Source: Octopus sinensis
Taxonomy: Eukaryota
Direction of reading: 5' to 3'
Length of the DNA stretch: 64,000 nt
Assembly: GCF_006345805.1 (NCBI RefSeq)
Contig: NC_043026.1
Coordinates: 1,054,001-1,118,000, forward strand
A model generated the notes under the pieces. The model saw only the letters and a list, made by a program, of their open reading frames with translations, was not told the DNA's origin and made no database searches. Positions 1-10,847 of this stretch are shown here, one piece after another. A program made the translations under genes and the position numbers. The first letter of the stretch is position 1. The number at the start of each line of letters is the position of its first letter.

Positions 1-382
1 TTTACTGTGGCCATGCTGGAGCACCGACTTTAATCGAGCAACTCGACCCCGGGACTTATTCTTTTGTAAGCCCAGTACTTATTCTATCGGCCTCTTTTGC
101 CGAACCGCTAAGTAACGGGGACATAAACACACCAGCATCAGTTGTCAAGCAATGCTAGGGGGACAAACACAGACACACAAACACACACGCACATACATAT
201 ATATATATACATATATACGACGGGCTTCTTTCAGTTTCCGTCTACCAAATCCACTCACAAGGCTTTGGTCGGCCCGAGGCTTATAGTAGAAGACACTCGC
301 CCAAGGTGCCACGCAGTGGGACTGAACCCGGAACCATGTGGTTGGTAAACAAGCTACTTACCACACAGCCACTCCTGCGCCT
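1..382 (-). mobile_element. tRNA-headed octopus SINE (family A, OR2/CORE-like)
   Basis: Minus strand reads A-box-like TGGCTGTGTGG, B-box-like GGTTCAGTCCC, CORE-like CACCTTGGGC and an internal (TA/TG)n. Near-identical copies occur at 2531 and 31253-33443. Confidence 0.85.
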
Positions 383-779
383 ATATACGTGTTTGTTGTT
401 CCTTCACATGCCCCTGTCTTCTGCTTTTCGTTTTTTGTATAATTTTGAACTACACACACACACACATGCACACGCACACGCACACACATACACACACATG
501 CACACGCACACGCACACACATACACACACATGCACATGCTACTCAGTGTTTCCATGTCTTAAAATTGCACTGACAACCCTAAAACAAATCTTATCAATCC
601 GGACGGGTACTACACTTTCCTTGGGCGTGATCCACCATGTTCTCCATCCCTGTTTATGACTGGTACTTTATTTGATTGAGTCCCAGAAAAAATTAGGGTT
701 AGGGTCTATGAGGTCAGCAGTGGATAAGATGTGTGGGTCAGGTCATGGGATATCAAAATATTTGGTATTGTGGCAGGGA

Positions 780-1260
780 GAGAGAAGAATAAGAGAGAGA
801 GAGAAGTGGAGGAGAGAAGAATAAGAGAGAGAGAGAGAGAAGTGGAGGAGAGAAAGAGAGGGAGAGTCAGAGAGAGAGAGAGAGGGAGAAGACAAGAAAA
901 GAGGGAGTGAGAGAGATGTGAGGGAAATAGAGTGAGAGAGAGACAGAACTGGAAGTGAGAGAGAAGGAGAAAAAGAGAGAGAGAAAGAGAGAGTGGTATA
1001 GAGGATGGGAGTGAGAGAGAATGCGAGGGAGAGAGGGAGAGAGAACAGGAAGAGAGAGAGAGAGAGAGAGTAAGAGAGGTAAACAGACTGACAGGAATAG
1101 AGAGAGATGGACCAAATGAGAAATATAGTAGGAAGGAGAAACGCATGTGGCCAGAGGGAATAGAGAGAGGGACAATGATAGAGGAAGGAAGACATAGGGA
1201 ATGTGAATGAGAGATAGAGATAAAGAGAGGGATGGGGGTGGGGCGAGAAGGGGGGGAAGA
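780..1260. repeat. GA-rich low-complexity/microsatellite tract
   Basis: Almost pure purine (GA)n/(GGA) repeats. Confidence 0.95.
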
Positions 1261-1409
1261 AGGGGTTCTTTGCCCAAGTCACCTGACCTGCCAACGTTAC
1301 AGTTTCAACTAGGTTTTAAAAAAAAATTGCTTTATTATTATTATTATTCTTTTTTGGATGTTGAGCAATTTCAGGGTGTGTCTGAGTGGCTTAATGGTGA
1401 AATCATGTA

Positions 1410-1582
1410 AAGGTGGTGGTGGTGTGGTGGTGGTGGTGGTGGCGGCAGCGGTGGGGACAGTGGTATAGTGGTGATGATAGTGATAGTGGTGGTGGTGGTG
1501 GTAGCAGATGGTTGTGGTCATGGGGATATAGTGAGATTCGTAAATTTAAAGGATTATTTTAAAGACATTAAAAAAAAGAATC

Positions 1583-1621
<39 letters not shown>

Positions 1622-1637
1622 ATGTAAACATATCTAT

Positions 1638-1668
<31 letters not shown>

Positions 1669-2005
1669 CAATCTATCTATTTATCTGCATGTTTATCTAT
1701 CAATCAATTCACCTATGTATTGGTTTATCTATCTATCTTTCTATCTACATGTTTATCTGTCTGTCTATCTATCTATATGTTCGTCTGTCTATCTATCTAT
1801 CTATCTACTTATATCTATCAATCTGTACTTATATCTACTTATCCATCTATCAATGTATAACTGTCTGATCAATCTATCTACTATCCATCTATCTATCTAT
1901 ACTTATCCATCTATCTATCATCTACTATCCATCTATCTATCTATATACTATCATCTATCATCTGGATTACTTATCCATCTATTTATCATATCCTATCCAT
2001 CTATC

Positions 2006-2043
<38 letters not shown>

Positions 2044-2245
2044 TATTATCTATCTATCTATCTATCTATCATCCATATCCTCCATCATCCATCTCCATCC
2101 TCCATCATATCCTCCATCATCATCCATTATCATCCATCCATCCATCTATTATCTATCTATCTATCTATCTGTCTATCTGTCTATCTATCTGTCTATCTGT
2201 CTATCTACCTATCTATCTACTTATCTATCTATCTATCTGTCTGTC
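1410..2245. repeat. Compound microsatellite block (GGT)n, (GT)n, (TA)n, (ATCT)n/(ATC)n
   Basis: Directly visible simple repeats. Confidence 0.95.
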
Positions 2246-2520
2246 TGAAAAGTTCCCGGCTTTATGGGTATCGTGGAAAGCCTGACTGGAGGCCTAATCT
2301 TCTGAGATCTTTTACAAGGCTCAGAAAACTTAAGGGACTGCTGCAATAAGTGTGTGAATCTGAGAGGGAAATATGTCGAATGAAATCATAATTAACTGAT
2401 TGTTTCTGCATTGACTTTTACCCAAAGCCAGGAATTTTTCAGCCAAGCCACCCTTTCATACTTGCCCCAAGGTGATAAGCAGTGGAACTGTAAAGGCATG
2501 TGATTGTAGCACGAGTTTCT
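2243..2520 (+). mobile_element. Possible mariner-like terminal fragment
   Basis: GTCTGAAAAGTTCCCGGC resembles a mariner TIR; no transposase frame recognised. Confidence 0.35.
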
Positions 2521-2530
2521 TAACCATAGG

Positions 2531-2956
2531 TACAGGAGTGGCTGTGTGTGGTAAGTAGCTTGCTTACCAACCACATGGTTCCGGGTTCAGTCCCACTGCG
2601 TGGCACCTTGGACAAGTCTCTTCTGCTATAGCCTTGGGCCGACCAAAGCCTTGTGAGTGGATTTGGTAGACGGAAACTGAAAGAAGCTCGTCGTATATAT
2701 GTATGTATATATATGTATATATGTGTGTGTGTATATGTATGTGTGTCTGTGTTTGTCCCCCCAACATCGCTTGACAACCGATGCTGGTGTGTTTATGTCC
2801 CCGTAACTTAGCGGTTCAGCAAAAGAGACCCATAGAATAAGTACTAGGCTTACAAAGAATAAGTCCTGGGGTCGATTTGCTCGACTAAAGGCGGTGCTCC
2901 AACATGGCCGCAGTCAAATGACTGAAACAAGTAAAAGAGTAAAAGAGTAAAGAGAG
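2531..2956 (+). mobile_element. Full-length SINE family A
   Basis: Same head and body as the reverse complement of 1-382; ends in an (AAAAGAGT)n tail. Confidence 0.88.
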
Positions 2957-3459
2957 CGTGCCAATTAAATAGACCCGGTATTTTATGGGTAATAAGCATC
3001 GTCGACCCCCCCCCCCACCAGAAAGGCGAATGCCAAGTTGAACATACCGGGATTTGAACTCGAAAATGTTTAAGAAGCAGGCTGTGTAACTAAGTAAGCT
3101 TAGCTACAAGGTGCTATGTTTCGACAACTTCTGCCAAAACAACAACAACAACTGCAATAATATTGGCAGTAATCTTAACAAAATGAAACTGAAATAAGGC
3201 CAGGGGGGTTGGGGGTTGGGGAGGGAGAAGGTGGGGATGGAGTGGGGTGGCGGGGGAGGGGGGTCGAAGGAAGGCGTTGAGCGGGTTGTACAAGTGTTAC
3301 CAGTCTTTCTCTCGCCATTGGCACCAAAACACGATCTACTACTGAACATACCCTCTTACCGCAACTATCCTAACAGCTCCCCACCACCACCACCACAACT
3401 ACTTTACCACTACTACTACTATTACTATTATAACAAGCAAACAAGGGAACTACTTAGGT

Positions 3460-3760
3460 GATCGCGCAGCCTGCTAGAAATAACAGCCTAATCTCACACA
3501 GTTCAATACATATTTCTTTACTACCCACAGAGAGGACAAACAAGGACAGACACACGGATTAAGTTGATTATATCGACCCCAGTGCATAACTGGTACTTAA
3601 TTTATCGACCCCGAAAGGATGAAAGGCAAAGTCAACCTTGGCGTAATTTGAACTCAGAACGTAGCGGCAGACGAAATACCTATTTCTTTACTACTGCTGA
3701 GTGGACTGGAGCAGCATGAAATAAGGGTCTTGCTCAAGGACTCAATCTGCCACTCTCTAA
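3460..3760 (-). mobile_element. Fragments of tRNA-derived SINEs (one with the GCCTTTCATCCTTTCGGGGTCGATAAA domain, one family C)
   Basis: Reverse complement gives GTTCTGAGTTCAAATT (B-box-like) then gactttgcctttcatcctttcggggtcgataaattaagtaccag; a related copy lies at 30562-30760. Confidence 0.65.
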
Positions 3761-3840
3761 CAAGGGGTTTCCCACCCTTATTTTGCTAGTAGACCCCCTG
3801 AGAGCTATCTTATCATCTGTGCACTCCATATATGCACATT

Positions 3841-3978
3841 CTCGGAGTGGTTGGCGTTAGGAAGGGCATCCAGCCGTAGAAACTCTGCCAGATCAGATTG
3901 GAGCCTGGTGCAGCCATCTGGATCGCCAGTCCTCAGTCAAATCGTCCAACCCATGCTAGCATGGAAAGCGGACGTTAA

Positions 3979-4010
<32 letters not shown>
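3841..4010 (+). mobile_element. 3' tail of the RTE family with (GAT)n end
   Basis: GGAGTGGTTGGCGTTAGGAAGGGCATCCAGC...GCTAGCATGGAAAGCGGACGTTAAA(TGA)n, the same tail as the 3' end of the RTE at 10848-14034. Confidence 0.85.
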
Positions 4011-4464
4011 ACACTCACACACACACACACATGCTATTTCCATACAGACATGTGTATACCTATACATATACAGATATGACACACACACACACACACACAC
4101 GCACACACACATAGGGTATATTTGAAAGTAAAATAAATACTGAGATTGATATAAATGAATAATTTATGAAATCCCTCGAAAGGCTTTGCCCCAGCATGAC
4201 CACAACCCAGAGAGGGAATCTGGGATCAGAATAAGAGGATCTTTTAAAAACAAACACACTCAGAAATGATGGAATTCCATTACAAAATAACTAATTACAG
4301 TATTTCACTAACGAGAAAGCCTCTCTGCTCTACAGTCGCTCTACGACCTGCATAAAATAGTATAAAATCACATCCAACTACTTAACAAAAAAAGAAAGAA
4401 AAAAATAAGAGGAAACACACACACACACACACACATGCACACACACACACACACACGCACACAC

Positions 4465-4564
4465 NNNNNNNNNNNNNNNNNNNNNNNNNNNNNNNNNNNN
4501 NNNNNNNNNNNNNNNNNNNNNNNNNNNNNNNNNNNNNNNNNNNNNNNNNNNNNNNNNNNNNNNN
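4465..4564. other. Assembly gap (100 N) adjacent to a (CA)n tract
   Basis: Run of exactly 100 N. Confidence 1.
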
Positions 4565-4708
4565 AAAGACTCAATTTCTCTACAAAAAAACAAACACAAC
4601 CAGGAACAACAATTTTAAAAACTTGTAACAGTCTTCCACCCGGGTTTCGAAACTGCAACTACAAATCACCATATAAACACCACTTGTCGATGTCACCTAT
4701 CTCTAGAC

Positions 4709-7562
4709 GATAGCTTCCCAAAGTAGGCAATATCACCCAGCAGTGAATGATGGACAAATTTGTAGAAAATGGTGGATGATATGAACATTTTGTGGGTGAC
4801 AATGAAATTTTAGAAAGTCTGCATTTACTGATATCTAGATATGCCTAGAATAAGGATACACTTCGATCGAATTGACTACTCGCATGAGTATTGAAAAAGC
4901 AGACGTGCTAATCAATTGAATATTTTTGCTGCAGTCATTGAGATGGTTGTCATGTGTGCTAAAAATAGCAGCCAAATAGGCCTGAGCCTTAAATTACACT
5001 CTACCACAATTTTTTATTTTTAGTTTTTGGCATAATCATATAAAGTCCAGTGTACAGAATTCAAAGTTGCAAAAGTTTTCTGAAAACTCCAAAAAATAAA
5101 AAGTTATGAGGGGTTACAGGTCATGCATAATTCTGTGGTTTCATATCAAAACACAAGCGCTATTTTCAGGATGTTGACAAATTGCGCAGTCATGCACAAA
5201 ATGACAGCTTTGAAATTGTGTTTCTTGACTGGGTGAAAATGATCAAACTTTAAACCTCTATAACGTTTTAAAAATATTTTTCTGGAATTTAGCATGGAAA
5301 GGTACATTAATGTGCCAAAATTTAAAATTTTTGATAGACTTCAATTTTTGAAATGCTGGCAGTCAAATTATCTGTATTTGCTCCAGTAAAGACGTGACAC
5401 CTGACTCTATTCTATTGACTTCTTCTCTTTGGGAATACCATACTGCCTTTCTGATGCTGTCTGTAGAAATTTGTTTTCACATTTTCACTTTATTGATGCC
5501 TCCAGTCAAGAAAATTTGTCAACAGTATAATAGTGATTATTTATCGTTTGGATTTATTCCCTCCTCAACAAAACCTTCACGTTTGAAGTATCATTTTGAT
5601 GCAAAGAATTCTGACAAGAAGGACAAGCCATTGTCATACTTTTTGCAACTGAGCTCCTCTTTCAAAAAACAAATACAAACATTCAACATGCTACTCCAGG
5701 AAACTAGTAAACAGGAGAATGATGACTGATTGCATCATACAACATTGCATTGTTTGTTGCTAAGCCTGAGAAGTCTCACACAATTGGAGAAACATTACTT
5801 CACCCAGTTATTGAAGAGGTTTTGTCAACCGTTATGCACGAAAAACCCGAAAATATTATGAAGATCCCACTTAGTAATAACACGATTTCTTGACGCATCG
5901 ATGAAATGGCCAGCAATTTCAAACATCAGCTCATTAATATTCTCCAGCATTCTGAATTTTCTATACAAGTGGATGAGTCAACTGTTGTGGACAATAACTG
6001 TTTGATGATCATATATGTTCGGTATTTCAGCGAAGACCTTCATACTTGTGAGGAAATGTTGTTCACAGAGAAATTGCTGCTTGATTCTAAAGGTGCAACT
6101 CTTTTTCACACTCTCAAGTCTTTCCTTTTTGAACAGAATATCCCACTCAGTAATATTCTTGCCTGTGTGTCTCATGAAGCCCCTTCGATGATAGAAAGAT
6201 ACAGAGGTTTATCATCTCTCCTAAAGCGTGGAATTTCTCACCAGATACTAAACCGTTCATTGCTTGGCACACTGGTAAAAAAATATGAACAGTAGATTGA
6301 ATGATGTGCTAAAGTTAGGTATCAAGACTGTGAACAAATTGGAGTCCAGTTCTGAGAAATGATGAGGACCATACTAAACTCTTATATCATACCAAAGTGT
6401 GGTAGCTGTCAAAAGGAAACTGTGTTTTACGCTTTGTTGAACTGTTTCATATAATCCTATCTTTCTTCGAAGATACTCCACTGTCACCTTCATTGATGGT
6501 TGCAAGGTGCTATATCTTTTTTCTTAAATGATTTGAATAAGTTATTGCAAGGAAAGAGAAAAACTCTCGTTGACTGTAAATCATTTATCAATACCTTCAT
6601 TTCAACATTGGTGTTGTATAAGACTAATACTTCAAAATGTTAATTCCATCAATTTCCACAACTTGATTCTTTGAAAGATGAATTGGTTGATGAGAATTTA
6701 ACTACACATTGCAAACTGTTTACAATCATTGCACGATAACATGGTGGAGCGATTTCAAGATGTTATTGCGCTGAATATTCCAAATTGGTATAGCAATCTG
6801 TTTGAGGTCAATGCAGTTGATTGTGAGGATGATGTTCAGGAGGAATTGATAGAATTACAAAATGACAATGATGCCACAATGCGATATCGCCGTAACGGCA
6901 AAGAAAGTTTGTGGTACCATCAGAGTATATTGAATTCCTACCCCAATCTGTGAAACATCTGAAATTACTTTTGTTTGCCTTCCCTACCTCATCCCTGGTT
7001 GAATCTGGTTTTAACCATGTTGGAACTTTACTTTCCCATAAAAGAACTGGTCTGGATGAGGAGACTTTTGGCTAAAGTTGACAAGTTTGAAACCGAATGT
7101 ATCTGCACTAGCTGCATCGCACCAGACACATGGTTCTCATTGAAAAAGTTTTAATCTTTTCCTTTATAATACAATCATTAAATATTTTTGCATCAGTAGC
7201 TCTGATCAATGGTTCATTTGGGGAAAATGAAAATCTGTGTAAAAGAAAGCACAAGTTTCCAGAAGTTAATCTGTTTACATAATAAAGAGTTAACATTAGC
7301 ATTTTATTCACACTCATGGCAAAACTAAACCCACAATAAGGGAGTCGTAAACAACTGCATCTTTAGTCCAAACAGCACTAACAGGGCAATGAGCCTACAA
7401 TATACTGTGTGTGTGTGTGTGTGTCAAATGATACGAGGGGGTGTCCTAGAGGATTTTGTGTTGGTGTCAGGGTTTTTTTTTTACACAGATGGGCGATGGG
7501 GCATTTTTTGGCCGATAGGTGGGCAATATTGCAATTTGATGCAAAAAGTTTGGGAAACACTG
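4709..7562 (+). mobile_element. Decayed hAT transposon, Buster/Charlie/SPIN type
   Basis: 8-bp TSD CTCTAGAC at 4701-4708 and 7563-7570; right TIR ...GTTTGGGAAACACTG, degraded left TIR gatagcttcccaaag. Frameshifted transposase fragments (KPSRLKYHF, FSIQVDEST, IYVRYF..EEMLF, MVERFQD). Confidence 0.88.
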
Positions 7563-8268
7563 CTCTAGACCAATTAAATATTACAAACACCAGTTGCTGA
7601 TATTACCTAACTCTAGACCAATCAAAACCAAACTTCAGCAAATACAACAAAATGACACTTTAAGAGAATCAACCAACCAGAATGACTGATGACTATTTCC
7701 CACAGGAAAGCCAGCCAGGCAAAACAAGAAACTTGATCATTGGAAAAACAAGATATCACCAGTACTTTAGCAAATCAAAAATCCGATCCACTCACAGAAA
7801 AAAATGTAAATACTCCACATTCCAAAACACTGTTACAAGCGAAAGTTCCTACAAACGATGGAAAGAAGATCAGAGAAATTGTAAACCAAATCCCTTTTTT
7901 TACTATCTTCATTTCTCCCTTGTTTTTTCCCTCTTAACTCAGTATGACTGAAACTTTGATGATATTCATTTCTTGTCAATCACTACTAACACTAACGAGC
8001 TTTGTACATTCAAACAAATTAATATTATTGACTGTTATGAACATTTAAACTCGTCAACGTTGAAACTTTTAAAGATGTTTTTTCTAATTCATAATTCTGA
8101 ATTTTTACTAGTGATAAACAAAAAATATTGTTGAAGCCAGCTTGGAATATATGTAAATAAATTTATTTCAAACAATTATAAGTTTTTAATTTAGGTGCAT
8201 TTTCAACAACAAATTTGCTTATATTTTTTCCTGTGTGAAAATATACCTGCTCTTTTGTTACCCCCCCC

Positions 8269-8302
<34 letters not shown>

Positions 8303-9739
8303 CACATATATAACAAATGAAAGACAGACAATGGAATATACGAGTATTATTAATTACAACAATTGTTTTGACACATCTAGCATCGATTTCTCTTGGGTGG
8401 GACACTCAACAACTGGTTCAGGAGCATCCGGTGGTGCAGATGTATCTCGTCAGGTGATAAATAACAACTTGTTAAAACGACTGTTCCACAATGTAACTTT
8501 CAGTTTTTTAGAGAGAAAAACAGCCAAACGGAGAGGAAATCTTCATATATATAGAAGATCAAAAATAAAAAAAAATTGCAGATGACAAAATGAGAAATAA
8601 ACACGTAATCCATCGAGAAAAGTATTGAAAATAACTGTTAACAGATACACACACACACATCTTTTCAAGTAAATTTGATGCTTTAGTAGTATTTTAACAT
8701 TCAATGCTAGCTAAATTTTAAACGATAAATTTCTAATTACATGAACTCTGCGTCTTTCAAAGTAGTTTACATTTGAAAATTCCCAAACATAGTCTTCAAA
8801 TAAGTCATTTTGAACTTAAGACTAAAATATATTATTTTTCCTGAAGAGATTTAACAATATATCACTTATGACATCTTTAAAAGTTACAATTATTGATGAG
8901 TGTAAAATATTGTTATATTGAAACATATGTAGAATATCTTTTTGGATATTTTCGGGTTATTTTGTTGATGCAGTTCCATTTATACTTGTTCTTTAAATCT
9001 TAATTTGAATTACTTTTCCAATTGCAATACATATAGAATGAACCCAGCATCTTTTGAATTTTTCTTCTCCATTTTCTTTTATTAACTTTTTAATTTTATG
9101 AGACATTTTATACATATATATTGAGGAACTTTCAATCAATGTATTTGGTTAAACTAAGTTGGCATCGGGATTGTTTTTAACAATCCTTTATGTGGATATT
9201 GTTTCCTCAAATTCTGTATACACACACACACACATGTATATATACATATACACATATATGTGACTGACATAATGAATGGCTGGAGGTGAAACAAAAAACA
9301 ATGAGGTGGCAGGTCCAAGGTATATAAAAATACACATTCACCGTTCAATTACCAGTTAATAATTATCGTAGCAGTTGCAAGGTATTTACAGTTACATATT
9401 TACCCTTAAATTAACATTTAATACATGTGCTTAATATATATATATTAAGAAATTTATCTACAATAATTATTGTGGCATTTACAGTTAAATTAGCAGTTCA
9501 TACATGTGCTTCTATTTGGTTCATTTATACTGCATACAAAAATAAAAATATACAAATACTTACAAAAATAGAGATTAATGTATAATTCTTTTAAAACTCA
9601 CTTTTATTTATGTTTATCATGTTTAATATAAATTTTGAATTTTGTTTATAATTTTTAAAATAATTTTATTTTCATTCCTGTTGAACCTCTCTTATTTGTC
9701 CACAATTTGGCAGCAATAATTTTCTTTACCTCCATCCCC

Positions 9740-9900
9740 AGGATGGAGAAATCCTTTAGCTGAGCTTAAAGAACATGTTCAGTTAGCAATTAACTCCTGA
9801 AATTCTTCAAAATGTGTTTTACAATGCTAAGGAGAGATTTGAAGTATGCAGGGATACAGACATGTTGAAAATTTTCAATAAAAGTTTGATTTATAAATCT
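9740..9900 (+). mobile_element. Tc1/mariner-superfamily transposase 3' remnant
   Basis: Decayed frame ..LAELKEHV..TPEILQNVFYNAKERFEVC resembles a DDD/E transposase C-terminus. Confidence 0.4.
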
Positions 9901-10129
9901 ATTTTTGTTTTGGTATCATAATTAAGTAATAACTATAAAATTCTGTCAGTTTTAAAAAAATTTGCTCAATTTCATTGAATTCTGGAACACGCTGTGTGGT
10001 GTAGAGTTGTTAGTTGTTGTGTTGCTTGAGTAAATATTAAAATCAAAGGCCTTCTCACTGTAAACATCCCATCTTTTTGTTAAGCTTATTATATCAAGGA
10101 ATATATTATCCAAAATGTATCTCTCTTTT

Positions 10130-10250
10130 ATAGGTGTGGCTGTGTGCTTGAGAAGCTCGCTTTCCAGCCACGTTGCTTTGGGCTCAGTCCCACTTTGTGG
10201 CACATTGGACAATTCTCATTCATTACAGTTCCATGCTGAGCAAAGCCTTG
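10130..10250 (+). mobile_element. Diverged SINE family A head
   Basis: GGTGTGGCTGTGTG...TCAGTCCCACTTTGTGGCACATTGGACAA. Confidence 0.6.
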
Positions 10251-10404
10251 TGTATTATATAATTGCCATTACTGTACTGATATATAAAATAACCAACTCA
10301 CTTATTATTGGCATATAATAAACAAACAGAAGTTCATGTATGAAATTGATCTTCTTTCTATTTCAATTATTACATGTTTTTCTCTTACATACAGGAGGAG
10401 TAAA

Positions 10405-10488
10405 TCTATATATATAACAACGTTTTGAATGTGGCTCCTAAGAAAGAGTAAAAGTAATTACCCGCTCAATGCCGGGCATTACTGCTAG
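10405..10488 (+). mobile_element. 84-bp minimal Helitron-like element
   Basis: 5' TCTATATATATAA after A; 3' hairpin CCCG-ctcaatgc-CGGG then CTAG. The right flank is C rather than the expected T. Confidence 0.55.
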
Positions 10489-10847
10489 CATATATACATA
10501 TATTTATACCCTAAGTTTTGTCTTAGAATGTCCGACGGACAACTCTCAGATGTTTTTCTCAAGTCTATTTTCTCTATTATCAACACTTGCTGTCTTGTTT
10601 AAACCATGCTAAGCAGACCCATCCCTAGTTCAAGGTTCGCCCACCCTCCAACCCCCTCCACCTATACCGGAAGTTCCTATTATCCCTATCCTTTGTCAAC
10701 CCTGGGTTGCCTCCCATAAACTCTACAAAAGGCTGTATGCCTTCCCCACCTATTGTCTAGGGCTATCTCCTATGTTAGGTAGTGATCATACAGTGCAAAA
10801 TATGAAAGGGTAGTCTGTGCAGGTTGAACTGAAGGCTACTGCATTGT

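Noticed and set aside
693-704. TTAGGGTTAGGG telomere-like repeat
   Set aside because: Only two units; expected by chance.
715-765. Minus-strand FDIP*PDPH resembling the next mannosidase exon (YDIPHTCGPDP)
   Set aside because: In-frame stop, no convincing splice sites, and the conserved Cys and Gly are missing. The next exon is presumably outside the window.
706-2248. Long Ser/Leu-, Ile/Tyr- and Val/Cys-rich ORFs
   Set aside because: They are translations of (GA)n, (ATCT)n and (GT)n microsatellites with no domain signal. The same applies to the many YIYI/HTHT ORFs elsewhere.
2531-2610. tRNA genes suggested by A/B boxes (also 31490 and 55850)
   Set aside because: No cloverleaf, and they continue into repeated SINE bodies; they are SINE heads.
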